The notes under the pieces were generated by a model, which saw only the letters and a program-made list of their open reading frames with translations, did not search any database and had not been told where the DNA came from. Of a stretch of 37,895 nucleotides of DNA, positions 15,319 through 24,255 are shown piece by piece. Made by a program: the position numbers and the translations under genes. How positions within the stretch are numbered: position 1 is the first letter of the stretch; every line of letters starts with the position of its first letter. The DNA comes from a virus (lineage: Duplodnaviria > Caudoviricetes), in the IMG/VR virus record IMGVR_UViG_3300010398_000009, positions 1 through 37,895 of that record, one strand, 5' to 3'.

Positions 15319-16076
15319 TCGTGCTCCCTCGGCGTCTGTCGCGCTTTCGCGTGCGCTTTCATCGCTTCCCAGCGCGAATTATCGAATGTCACCAGATGTC
15401 GCCGGTAATCGTTCGACGATTCCCTCCAAGCGCGGTGTAAGGCTTCCGTTCCTTCGTCCGCGACTAGCTGGAGTTCCGCCAGCCAGTCATAAAAGCCTTC
15501 AGGAGTCGTCTGGACCGGCGACTGCTGGACCGGACGTCCTGCAGCCGCTCCGTCGTCGTCTTCGTCGCTGGTAACGATTCCCAACAGGCTATTGGTCGTA
15601 TATCGCCGCCCATAGGTAATCGCGGAACCCAGTGACTGGATCGCGTTCTTGCTGCCAGACGTGTCCGCGACCGACAGGAATTCCGTGTCGATCTGGTGTC
15701 CGTCCTGATGCGCCAGAATGCCGATGACCTTGACCACGTTCGGCTGCGGCCATTCGGTTCGGTGCGAGAGGGAAAATCCGTGACGGGTCAAAACTGGGCG
15801 GATCGTGCTGATGATCTGCTCCAGCGTCGCAAACCGGCCGTAATTCGTCCGCCGGTCTTCGACGACGGTTGGGAGATCGCCTTGCATGGCGGAAAACGCG
15901 GTATCGAAGGACGTCTTCGCCGCTTGCGCGACGATCCGTTCCCGCATCGCGATCAGACGCTCCAGCTTGGCGACGTCGACGTCTGGATTCGTCGCCAGCC
16001 GTTCGAACATCAGCACCAGGTTGTCCGCTGGGACGGTCTCTGGGACAGCGGACGGAACAAGCGACGTCTTGGTCAC
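15315..16076 (-). CDS. erf: ERF family ssDNA-annealing protein
   Basis: FATLEQII..IRPVL..HGFS and QSLGSAITYGRRY...GI...EDDDG. Confidence 0.9.
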   Translation of the reverse strand: MTKTSLVPSAVPETVPADNLVLMFERLATNPDVDVAKLERLIAMRERIVAQAAKTSFDTAFSAMQGDLPTVVEDRRTNYGRFATLEQIISTIRPVLTRHGFSLSHRTEWPQPNVVKVIGILAHQDGHQIDTEFLSVADTSGSKNAIQSLGSAITYGRRYTTNSLLGIVTSDEDDDGAAAGRPVQQSPVQTTPEGFYDWLAELQLVADEGTEALHRAWRESSNDYRRHLVTFDNSRWEAMKAHAKARQTPREHE

Positions 16077-16084
16077 GGCTCCTC

Positions 16085-16204
16085 CTACCGGAGAATCAGC
16101 GACACGATCCAGTCCAGCGCTTTGGCGGACAGTCTGGAGACCAGGGCTCCAGCGACCAGGAGCGCGAGGACGAAGGCAGATACTTTCAGCAAGGCAACGT
16201 CCAT
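16085..16204 (-). CDS. 39-aa membrane peptide (not in ORF track)
   Basis: MDVALLKVSAFVLALLVAGALVSRLSAKALDWIVSLILR with a GGAG RBS. It fills the gap in the operon. Confidence 0.55.
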   Translation of the reverse strand: MDVALLKVSAFVLALLVAGALVSRLSAKALDWIVSLILR

Positions 16205-16238
16205 TGTCAAGTCTCCGTCCGTGCTAGACTCCGGGCCA

Positions 16239-16478
16239 TTACGTTCCTTGCGTTACCGATGCGGATCGCGCTCGCGGCTCCAGACACTTTTCCAGGTCTT
16301 CGCGATAGACCAGCAGCCGTCGTCCGCCCATCGTCACGATCCGAAGCCGATAGGACTCCTGGTTCAACAGATGCCGCACGGCTTTCAGGTCCAGCGATCC
16401 GTCCTCACGGACAAACCGGAATTCCCGCGCAATATCGCGCGTTGACATGTATTTCTGATCATCGGCGGAGGTCTTCAT
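16239..16478 (-). CDS. Excisionase-like (HTH_17/MerR-type) DNA-binding protein
   Basis: KYMSTRDIA...GGRRLLVYREDLEKCL pattern. Confidence 0.65.
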   Translation of the reverse strand: MKTSADDQKYMSTRDIAREFRFVREDGSLDLKAVRHLLNQESYRLRIVTMGGRRLLVYREDLEKCLEPRARSASVTQGT

Positions 16479-16489
16479 CGTCGGTCCCT

Positions 16490-16714
16490 CTACGCGTATT
16501 CGTCGAGAAATCGCCGGATGCGATACATCGTGGTCGCTCGCGCGCAGCGTTGTTTGTCTTCAACGATCCGGAACAACGTGGGTCCGGTCATTCCGCCGAT
16601 GCGTTCCGCCATTTCCGTATAACTCCAGCCGCGTTCCAGCCGGATCAGTGTCAGGACTTCGCGGTCCCGCTGGGTTATCGGGGCGGCGTGCTTCCTTTCC
16701 GTCAGTGATTTCAT
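16490..16714 (-). CDS. Cro-like HTH regulator
   Basis: IRLERGWSYTEMAERIGGMTGPTLFRIV, divergent from the cI-like gene. Confidence 0.75.
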   Translation of the reverse strand: MKSLTERKHAAPITQRDREVLTLIRLERGWSYTEMAERIGGMTGPTLFRIVEDKQRCARATTMYRIRRFLDEYA

Positions 16715-16721
16715 TGCAGTC

Positions 16722-16749
16722 AATATACGCCGCTTGAACCGGGAGTCAA
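16722..16749 (-). promoter_or_regulatory. Early promoter for a probably leaderless cro transcript
   Basis: TTGACT-N16-TATATT, then 7 nt to the ATG at 16714. Confidence 0.6.
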
Positions 16750-16756
16750 GAACCTG

Positions 16757-17443
16757 ATGACAGAAATTTCATTCAGCAACGAATCTCTCCAGAACTGGAA
16801 ACGTTTTTTGACACTGTTAATCGGTCCGGACGCGCGCTTCCGCACGCAACGCGCGCTCGCGGACGCCATGGGATTGCCGGAATCCGTCATCAGTCGGATC
16901 TTTCGTCCGGAGTATCGCTACCGCGTCGAGATCGAACCGTGTTTGCGGCTCGCGCTGGCGACTGGACACGATCCGCTCGACGTCCTCCGGCTGGCTGGCC
17001 AGACGGACGCCGCCGATCTGTTACTCGCGATCTTCGGTCCCGCGCGGCAACTGGAACCGCTGTCGACGCTCGATATTCTCTGGATGGCGTTGTCCGACCA
17101 GGAGAAGGACGCACTAATCCGCGCGCATACTGCCGTGAAAATTTCACTACAGTTGCAGTCGCGAAACGTCTCAGAACGGATGCTTAGACCAAAGAGTACC
17201 GGCAACGTTTCCGTGACGTCTGATATACAGACAAGCGCTCCCAAGGATTCACGGAGTCGTCGTCGTGTCACACCTGAAACGCCAGATCGCGCCAGTGTCG
17301 AATCCGTGCCACGTTCTCCGGCCGAAATTCGGAGACAACTTATCCAGGAACTTGACGATCTCGGACAGCGTTCGACGGGATTGGAACCGGCTCGCGCTGC
17401 TCGACGAAAGTCTGGCGCTCCGGTTCGCAAGATGGCTCGCTAA
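16757..17443 (+). CDS. CI-like repressor (N-terminal HTH, no evident S24 peptidase domain)
   Basis: TQRALADAMGLPESVISRI HTH, divergent from cro. Confidence 0.7.
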   Translation: MTEISFSNESLQNWKRFLTLLIGPDARFRTQRALADAMGLPESVISRIFRPEYRYRVEIEPCLRLALATGHDPLDVLRLAGQTDAADLLLAIFGPARQLEPLSTLDILWMALSDQEKDALIRAHTAVKISLQLQSRNVSERMLRPKSTGNVSVTSDIQTSAPKDSRSRRRVTPETPDRASVESVPRSPAEIRRQLIQELDDLGQRSTGLEPARAARRKSGAPVRKMAR

Positions 17444-17481
17444 CGCGCGGCACTGTGCCGAAGCGCGCGCGGCGACGCGGG

Positions 17482-19167
17482 TTAAGCGAACTTCGCCCGG
17501 AGATCCTGGAGGGTCCGACCGATAGCCTGTTGCGGCATCTGCTCCGCTTTCCGTCGCGTCGGACTCGGACGCGAATTGCAGAAGTATCGGAAGTCGTCCG
17601 CCGCGTGATCATCGCCCGTCGTGTCCAGATCGTCCGGATCGTTCGGACTCTGTCCCAGCATCGGGACCGTTCGCAGAAAATACTTACAGCGCGGATTTAC
17701 GCTGATCCAGGGACGTCCGTCCGGAGCCGGTCTCAACAGATCGTGGCATTGCTGCCAGCCGTTCGCACCGCGCGTATTGTCGCCGCGTCGCATCGGCAGA
17801 CGACAGCGCGACAACGTCTCCGCGATAGCTTCGCCGCGTCCATGTCCGGACTTGTTCCACATGGACGGATCCGCGACGATGTAACGGAGCCGTGCGGATT
17901 CTGGAATCATCGCTTTAATCAGCTTCCAGATCTGCGTCGCGACGACTGGCGCTGGCGTCTGGGAAAATTTCAGTTCGACCGCCCGATGGTAGTGACCGTC
18001 TTCCAAACAGGCCCAGAGCGCGAAGACTCCTGGAGCATTGAATCCCCAGTCAAGCGATCCGACCCAGTCGCATTCGGCCGGAATGATTGGATCGTCGACG
18101 TGCCACGGTTGTTCGTCGACGGTCGAACGCCATTCCGAGAAAAACCGTCCGTCCCATGCGGTCCAGTCGCCTTCCAGCAGTTGTCGCCGTCGTTCCTCGC
18201 GCAACTGTTCCAGCGTGGATCGGTAGTTCTGATCCAGATACGGATTGTCGTCGAGTCTGGCACTGACGAACGCGTAATCATCCGCCCGATAACGCGGATA
18301 CGTTTCGGGATCCGGCTCCCGGTCGACAAACAGATCCTTAACCCAGCGCGCATTTTGTCCGCCCGGATTGGTCGCCGCCCAGACTTTCGCACCGCCAAGC
18401 GCGGTATGCACGGACGGATTACTGGTCCGCGCGCGGCTCATGATCTCCAGCGCTGGTCCTTCTGGGAATGTCACCAGTTCGTCAATGACAATGACGTCGT
18501 ATTCGGTCGACAGATACGCGATGACATCCGAGTCGGTCTCACAATGGCCAGCGGAGATCTTCGCGCCGTTCGGAAAGACGGCGGACCGATCCGACGTCCG
18601 GAAGACGCCGCCGATAGTCGGCAGTTCCCGAATCATCCGCTCCAGGTGCGTCTTATCCAGTTCTTTGTATGTGCGTCTGAGCAACAAGCCGGAGAAATTC
18701 GGGATCGCGAGCGCGTAGCGATACAGACCCCAGCGGAGCGTATGCGACTTCGCACCGCCAGCCGCTCCGCCGTAGAGCACGCGCATTGTCTTTAATTGTT
18801 GTTCGAAGAAATCGACCGCGCGCGGTGTCGGGACATAGACCGCCGTCGGCGGATGTCCTGGTTCGGTCGATGGACGCCACATGGACCACGCGTTCTGTCT
18901 GGCCGTGCACGCTGGCGACGAGCACAACCAGACATCGAGCGCGTTCCAGAAGCGTCCTCCACACCAGCAACAACGTGCGTGCGGATGCCATGTGACCGTG
19001 TTCGGATGGAGGAGTCGTTCGCGCTCGACGTGCTTGACGGCGGCGTCCATCGCGCGCGCGGACGCGTCCTTCGCGGCTTTGACGCGCAGCCAGTAGCGCG
19101 CGGTGTCGCCGCCGAACTCGTTGTTGGGATCGGCTAGTGCGTCGTGGGTTTTTGCGCGCCTTGCCAC
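17482..19167 (-). CDS. terL: Terminase large subunit with N-terminal Cys-rich extension
   Basis: Walker A YGGAAGGAKS, Walker B IVIDEL, ATNPGG coupling motif, LDWG and DHAADDFRY nuclease motifs. The ORF opens at 19218, and GTG 19167 is the more plausible start. Confidence 0.92.
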   Translation of the reverse strand: MARRAKTHDALADPNNEFGGDTARYWLRVKAAKDASARAMDAAVKHVERERLLHPNTVTWHPHARCCWCGGRFWNALDVWLCSSPACTARQNAWSMWRPSTEPGHPPTAVYVPTPRAVDFFEQQLKTMRVLYGGAAGGAKSHTLRWGLYRYALAIPNFSGLLLRRTYKELDKTHLERMIRELPTIGGVFRTSDRSAVFPNGAKISAGHCETDSDVIAYLSTEYDVIVIDELVTFPEGPALEIMSRARTSNPSVHTALGGAKVWAATNPGGQNARWVKDLFVDREPDPETYPRYRADDYAFVSARLDDNPYLDQNYRSTLEQLREERRRQLLEGDWTAWDGRFFSEWRSTVDEQPWHVDDPIIPAECDWVGSLDWGFNAPGVFALWACLEDGHYHRAVELKFSQTPAPVVATQIWKLIKAMIPESARLRYIVADPSMWNKSGHGRGEAIAETLSRCRLPMRRGDNTRGANGWQQCHDLLRPAPDGRPWISVNPRCKYFLRTVPMLGQSPNDPDDLDTTGDDHAADDFRYFCNSRPSPTRRKAEQMPQQAIGRTLQDLRAKFA

Positions 19168-19169
19168 GG

Positions 19170-19208
19170 CGTCAAAATATTGACACGGATCAAGGTCGCC
19201 GGTAAACT
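19170..19208 (+). promoter_or_regulatory. Sigma70-type promoter for the portal, with GTCAA-N4-TTGAC inverted repeat
   Basis: TTGACA (19180-19185)-N17-TAAACT (19203-19208). Confidence 0.65.
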
Positions 19209-19226
19209 GCGGCAGCACAACCGGCT

Positions 19227-21260
19227 ATGGCGTCGACCTTGTTCCCGTCGCTGGCCGCTCCGCCGACTGCTCCATCCATCGATCCGACTGCCGCTCCGCT
19301 CGTCCGTCCGCTCCCTGAAGGCGACGGAGTCGGCAGCCTGAAGTTCTGGCAGTCAGAAATCCAAGCGGCGAAGGACGGGATTACCCGCGAACTCGCGAAA
19401 TGGCAGACGAACGTTGAACGCTATCGCGGACAGCCGTATACCATCGCGACGTTCCCGCAAGCGGAATTCATCCAGGTCAACGTCGACTTTTTCAAGACCG
19501 AAGCGAAGCGCGCGCAACTGTTTTTCAGAACGCCAACCGTTGTCCTCAGTCCGAAACGGCCGGACTGTGCAGCCGCTGTCCCCACGTTCGAAAGTGTCCT
19601 GAATGAAATGCTGGGACCGCATGGCGTGAACAGCAAAGTCGCTATCGACGAAGTCCTCACCGATGTCCTCATGACCGGGATCGGGTTTGTGGAAGTCGGC
19701 TTCGAAGGTCATGTCCTGCCAGCGGCTCCGGCTCCGCCAATGGCACCAGGAGCCGTCTTCGGACTGTCGACGCCGCCCGCGACGCCGCCCCTGGTCCAGT
19801 ATCCGCGCTATTACGTGCGTCGCGGGACTCCGGCGAAATTACTCGTTCCGGAAGATTTCACGGGTAGCAATTACGACGATGCGGACTGGTTGGGTTTTCA
19901 GTATTACGTTGATGATTCTGCGTTGGATCTGCCGGAAGGGACGCGCGCTGGTCGCGGACCGATCAATATCCTGGACGATGATCGATTGATTCGTCGTCCG
20001 TATACGACGTCGCGACGACAGGGACGCCGCTGTACGAAGATCTGGTATCGCGCCAGCAAGATCGATTTGACCGAACCGAATCCAGACAAATTCCGGCTGC
20101 TGGTCCTGGTCGACGGGATCGACGATCCATACAAGCACGAGGATTCGCCGTGGCAGCAATTCGACCAGGACGGCGAACAGATCGCGGGAGTGCGCGGTAA
20201 TCCGATCAAGGTCTTGACGCTTCGCTATACGTCGGACTGGCATTTTCCGGCTAGCGATACGCAGATGTCGCGCTTTCAGACGGACGAGTTAAGCAAGATC
20301 AGAACTCTCCAGATGATGCAAAAGGCCAGATCGATTCCGATGCGCTGGGTCGACAGGAATCGAATGGATCCAGCGGACATCGCGAAGATCGCAACCGGAG
20401 AAATGCAAGCGATCATTCCGCTCGACGGACCAGGAAACGAATTGATCGGTGTCGTCGCACAAGCCGCGCTCCCGCGTGAGACGTCGACATACGGCGACAT
20501 GATCGAGAACGACATTAACCAGACGTGGGCACTGGGAAGCAATCAACAGGGAGTCACAACCGACACGACGAAGACTGCGACGGAATTGCAGTTGATCCAG
20601 TCGAATACTGACGTTCGCATGGATGCGGAGCGCGGACGCGTCCTGTCCTGGTTTGTGACGATTGCGGAGGGAATCGGCGGACTACTTCAGCAATTCGCGG
20701 ATCTGCCGCAGTACACAAAAGTCGTCGGACCGAATGCGGCTCAGGAACTCCAAGCATGGGACAAGACGACGATTGCTGGTCGATACGTTTATGACGTCAA
20801 GCCGGATTCATCGGTCCGCGTCGACGTCGCGGCAGAGAAAAAGGAAGCGCTGGACTTCTACCAGCTAACCGTCCGCGATCCGGGATTCAACGCGATGGAA
20901 TCACGTCGACATCTGGCGACCGTCTATCGGCTCGATCCCGCGCGCATGGTCGTTCAACCGCCGCAACCTCCGCCCGATAAGCCGTCGCTGTCGCTGTCGT
21001 TGACAGCCGTCGATCTCACGAATCCGATGGTCGTGTCGATCCTGGGACAGTGTGGATTCAAGATGGATCCGCAAGCGCTCCAGCAAACAATCGCGATGCA
21101 AACACAGCACGCGGGTTTAATGGCGAACGCGGTCCACAGTCCAGCCGCTCCAGGACAACCGCCACAACTGCCAGCCGCGCAGCATCCAGGTCCAGCCTTG
21201 GAACAGTCGCCGCTCAATCAGCACGCCGCCGACGCGACGGAAGCTGGAGGACATCGCTAA
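19227..21260 (+). CDS. Portal protein (podovirus/P22-like)
   Basis: 677 aa, first gene of the head module, with KTATE motif and a Pro/Gln-rich tail. Confidence 0.85.
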   Translation: MASTLFPSLAAPPTAPSIDPTAAPLVRPLPEGDGVGSLKFWQSEIQAAKDGITRELAKWQTNVERYRGQPYTIATFPQAEFIQVNVDFFKTEAKRAQLFFRTPTVVLSPKRPDCAAAVPTFESVLNEMLGPHGVNSKVAIDEVLTDVLMTGIGFVEVGFEGHVLPAAPAPPMAPGAVFGLSTPPATPPLVQYPRYYVRRGTPAKLLVPEDFTGSNYDDADWLGFQYYVDDSALDLPEGTRAGRGPINILDDDRLIRRPYTTSRRQGRRCTKIWYRASKIDLTEPNPDKFRLLVLVDGIDDPYKHEDSPWQQFDQDGEQIAGVRGNPIKVLTLRYTSDWHFPASDTQMSRFQTDELSKIRTLQMMQKARSIPMRWVDRNRMDPADIAKIATGEMQAIIPLDGPGNELIGVVAQAALPRETSTYGDMIENDINQTWALGSNQQGVTTDTTKTATELQLIQSNTDVRMDAERGRVLSWFVTIAEGIGGLLQQFADLPQYTKVVGPNAAQELQAWDKTTIAGRYVYDVKPDSSVRVDVAAEKKEALDFYQLTVRDPGFNAMESRRHLATVYRLDPARMVVQPPQPPPDKPSLSLSLTAVDLTNPMVVSILGQCGFKMDPQALQQTIAMQTQHAGLMANAVHSPAAPGQPPQLPAAQHPGPALEQSPLNQHAADATEAGGHR

Positions 21261-21275
21261 TCAGAGGGACATCGC

Positions 21276-21455
21276 ATGATCCCGATTTTCACACTGCTAT
21301 TCTGGTTCGTGATTCTCGGCGTCGTCGCGTATCTGATCGAAACCTATCTGCCGATGCCAGCGCCGTTTAAGATCGTGATCCGCGTGATCATTGTCGTCGC
21401 GGCGATCTGGTTGCTTCTAAGTTTCATCGGTGTTCCTCCATTGCGGCTGCGATGA
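21276..21455 (+). CDS. Small two-TM membrane protein (Thivi_2564-like, 59 aa, not in ORF track)
   Basis: MIPIFTLLFWFVILGVVAYLIETYLPMPAPFKIVIRVIIVVAAIWLLLSFIG with a GAGG RBS. Confidence 0.75.
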   Translation: MIPIFTLLFWFVILGVVAYLIETYLPMPAPFKIVIRVIIVVAAIWLLLSFIGVPPLRLR

Positions 21456-22177
21456 AAAAGCACGATGCGCCAGCCGTTCATACCGACGCGCTCTGGGACG
21501 GTCCGCGCTGGATCGAACACACGGGAAACACTCCCGTCTATGTCGAGACGAAGTCCGAATACTGGGACTTGCTGAATCGGACCGGCCATCGCATGAAAGG
21601 CCAGCAGGAGTCGTCCACTGGTCCAGAGCGCGATCCGTCTGACATCCAACGCGACGTCATCCCAGAGTCGACGCCAGTTGTCCATCCGCTGTCCTATGAC
21701 GAAGCGACGCTATTCTTCGCGTCCGGCGTCGTCTGGAACAATCTCGGACTCCGCGAAGCGCTGTCATGCGAGATCTGTTTTGCGCTGGGACGTCATCCAG
21801 GAATGCGCGTCATTGTCGGGAGCGCGTCGATCTCCGTGCGCTGTCGTTGCGGAGATCGGAATTACGTCGGTCCGCGCGGGACGACGGACTTACCGACGAA
21901 GCTAGCGAATACCGCGCGCGTACTCGGAGACTCGGGAACAGGTCTCATCTTCGACGCGAACGGACAACCGGCAAACCTGCCGACGATCCGACTGTTGCCA
22001 GAGGAAACGAAGATCCTTCAGCAATATCAACGGATGCTGAATGCGCGTCGCATAGAACCGCGCGTCTTTTGTGTCGGCTGCTGGAATGGTCGGACGACGG
22101 AAGGCCATCAAGCCGAACTCTCCATTACGTCAAACGGCGTCATCGTTACGTGCCGCTGTCGGCTCCGCGTCAGTTAG
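21452..22177 (+). CDS. Hypothetical protein with two Zn-ribbon-like repeats
   Basis: CEIC...CRC and CVGC...CRC. Confidence 0.7.
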   Translation: MKKHDAPAVHTDALWDGPRWIEHTGNTPVYVETKSEYWDLLNRTGHRMKGQQESSTGPERDPSDIQRDVIPESTPVVHPLSYDEATLFFASGVVWNNLGLREALSCEICFALGRHPGMRVIVGSASISVRCRCGDRNYVGPRGTTDLPTKLANTARVLGDSGTGLIFDANGQPANLPTIRLLPEETKILQQYQRMLNARRIEPRVFCVGCWNGRTTEGHQAELSITSNGVIVTCRCRLRVS

Positions 22178-22204
22178 CCGCCCAGTCGGTTTTCTGACAC
22201 CGTC

Positions 22205-22243
22205 CGTCAATTTCTTGACACCGAACCGCTTTTCCCTTATTCT
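22205..22243 (+). promoter_or_regulatory. Sigma70-type promoter for scaffold/capsid genes, with GTCAA-N4-TTGAC inverted repeat
   Basis: TTGACA (22215-22220)-N17-TATTCT (22238-22243). Confidence 0.65.
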
Positions 22244-22258
22244 CTCGGCGTTTACGTC

Positions 22259-23245
22259 ATGGCCGAGACGTCAACGCCAGCGACGACGACTCCCGCGACG
22301 AGCGCGCCAGCCGCTCCGTCTCCGGCTCCGTCGTCGACGCCAAGCACTCCCAGCCAGTCGCCGTCGACATCGTCCAGTCCCGTTCCGTCGACGCCAGCGG
22401 CGAAGCCGTCTGGCGGTTGGTTCAAGCAGGAACTGTCGAAAGCGTTCCAGCCGCCCGCGACGACGCCGCCGACGACGCCGCAGATCGATCCGGCCATCCG
22501 CGACCAATGGATGAAGGAAGCGCGGACGAAGTTCGAATCGGACTTCGCGCCGTATATCCAGATGGCCGCGAGTGTCACGCCAGAGGACTTTCGCGTCGCC
22601 GCTCCGTATCTACAAGCACTCGCGCGCGATCCGCATCAATTCTTTCTCGCGCTCGCGCAGCACTACGGATACCAGGTCAGCCGTCCAGGACAGCCACAGC
22701 AACCGCAAACAATCGCCGCTCCGCAGGATGACGAACCTCCGCCCGATCTGAGAACCGCAGACGGACAATTGCTGTATTCGAATACGCAACTGGCGAAGCG
22801 CGAAGCGTGGCGCGAAGCGCGCTTGATGCAAAAGATCCGCGCGGACTGGAACAAAGAGATCCAGCCATTTCGACAGGTCCAGCAGGAAGCAGCCAGCGCG
22901 CAATTCATGAAGCAGATCGAGTCCAAGGCGTTCGCGCTCATCAAAGAAGCGGAGACTTGGGAAGGCTTCACCGATCTGCGCGGTCATATCGCGCAACTGA
23001 TGAAGCAGGACAAGCGCGTCACCCTTCACAGCGCTTACCAGCGCGCCTATCGCGACCATTACGCACCAGGACGCGACGAAGCCTTGAAAAAGCAATGGAC
23101 GGAGGAACAGGCGACGCGTTCGCGCGCGGCGTCGACTGGCGGATCGCCGGGAACAACCGTCCAAGGACGAACGACAGGTCCGATCAACGGATCAACGCGG
23201 GACGCATTCCGTCGCGAACTCGCGGATCGCTTGGGGATTCACTAA
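22259..23245 (+). CDS. Capsid scaffolding protein
   Basis: Low-complexity N-terminus and helical/coiled-coil body, directly upstream of the MCP. Confidence 0.75.
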   Translation: MAETSTPATTTPATSAPAAPSPAPSSTPSTPSQSPSTSSSPVPSTPAAKPSGGWFKQELSKAFQPPATTPPTTPQIDPAIRDQWMKEARTKFESDFAPYIQMAASVTPEDFRVAAPYLQALARDPHQFFLALAQHYGYQVSRPGQPQQPQTIAAPQDDEPPPDLRTADGQLLYSNTQLAKREAWREARLMQKIRADWNKEIQPFRQVQQEAASAQFMKQIESKAFALIKEAETWEGFTDLRGHIAQLMKQDKRVTLHSAYQRAYRDHYAPGRDEALKKQWTEEQATRSRAASTGGSPGTTVQGRTTGPINGSTRDAFRRELADRLGIH

Positions 23246-23262
23246 CACCAGGAGCGTAAGCC

Positions 23263-24237
23263 GTGGCAGATCCTAATCTGGGCCAAGTCGTCGCGACTGT
23301 CTGGGAAGCCGTCATCGGAGACAAACCGACAGACGCCGTCTTTAACGCGCGCGCATTGCTATTCGCGCTCAAAGGCGAAGGGTATCAAGAGGAAGTCTCA
23401 GGTGGACGATTGTTCGAACTGCCGATTGAGTACGCCGAAAATACGAATTTTCGGCAGTATGGCGAACTGGAACAGTTGGACACCGTTCGCGTCGACACCT
23501 TCGACGCGGCCAGATACGACCAGAAAATCAACGCGGGAACCATTGTCATTTCCAAGCTGGAAGAAATCCGGAATACCCCGTCCGGCCGGAAGCTGGATGT
23601 CATTTCCGCGAAGCTGGAAAATGGCAAGAATTCAGCGCTGGCCACGATGAATAGGAACCTCTGGACTGGCGACGGCTCCGGCAATAACTTCGACGGTGTC
23701 ACGCGCATCATCTCCAGCACGCCAACGACTGGCATTGTCGGCGGTATTGATCGGTCGCTCTGGTCGTTCCATCGGAATCGACAAGTCTCCGGAACGAAGA
23801 CCTCGCAGCCGTTTGACAATCTGACCGCAGCCGCGCGCTCCTGCTACAACCTGTGTTCGCTTGGCGGCGTCGAGATGACGCCAACCGCGATTATCTCGGA
23901 TCGCGCGAGCATGGAAGGTTATGAGTCGACGCTCACGCAGATCGAACGGTTGGTCCGCGATGACGGGAAAGCGGCTCCTGGTGACAGCGGCTTCTTGAAC
24001 GATGCCATTAAATACAAAGCGGCTGGCTGGTTCTATGACGAGGACGCCGTGGCTGGCGAAGCGCGGTTCCTAAATCCGAAAGCGCTGAAGTTTATGTATC
24101 TGTCCGGCGCATGGCTCAAAATGGAACCCCCCGTCGATCCCGCGAACCAGTTGGTTAACGTGACGAAAGTCTACACGTTTGGCAATCTTGGCACTGGCGG
24201 ATCGCGTTACCTTGGCGTTGTAACTGGCATTAACTAA
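23263..24237 (+). CDS. Major capsid protein (HK97 fold)
   Basis: 324 aa after the scaffold, AGGAG RBS, and SGG..F..PI.Y..N and VGGIDR..WS..RN motifs of a podoviral MCP family. Confidence 0.88.
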   Translation: MADPNLGQVVATVWEAVIGDKPTDAVFNARALLFALKGEGYQEEVSGGRLFELPIEYAENTNFRQYGELEQLDTVRVDTFDAARYDQKINAGTIVISKLEEIRNTPSGRKLDVISAKLENGKNSALATMNRNLWTGDGSGNNFDGVTRIISSTPTTGIVGGIDRSLWSFHRNRQVSGTKTSQPFDNLTAAARSCYNLCSLGGVEMTPTAIISDRASMEGYESTLTQIERLVRDDGKAAPGDSGFLNDAIKYKAAGWFYDEDAVAGEARFLNPKALKFMYLSGAWLKMEPPVDPANQLVNVTKVYTFGNLGTGGSRYLGVVTGIN

Positions 24238-24255
24238 CACTGAGGCGATGTCATC

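Noticed and set aside
17455-18795. 446-aa plus-strand ORF, and similar long antisense ORFs such as 32865-34541 and 2299-3468
   Set aside because: Arg-rich shadow frames overlapping well-supported genes, as expected in high-GC DNA.
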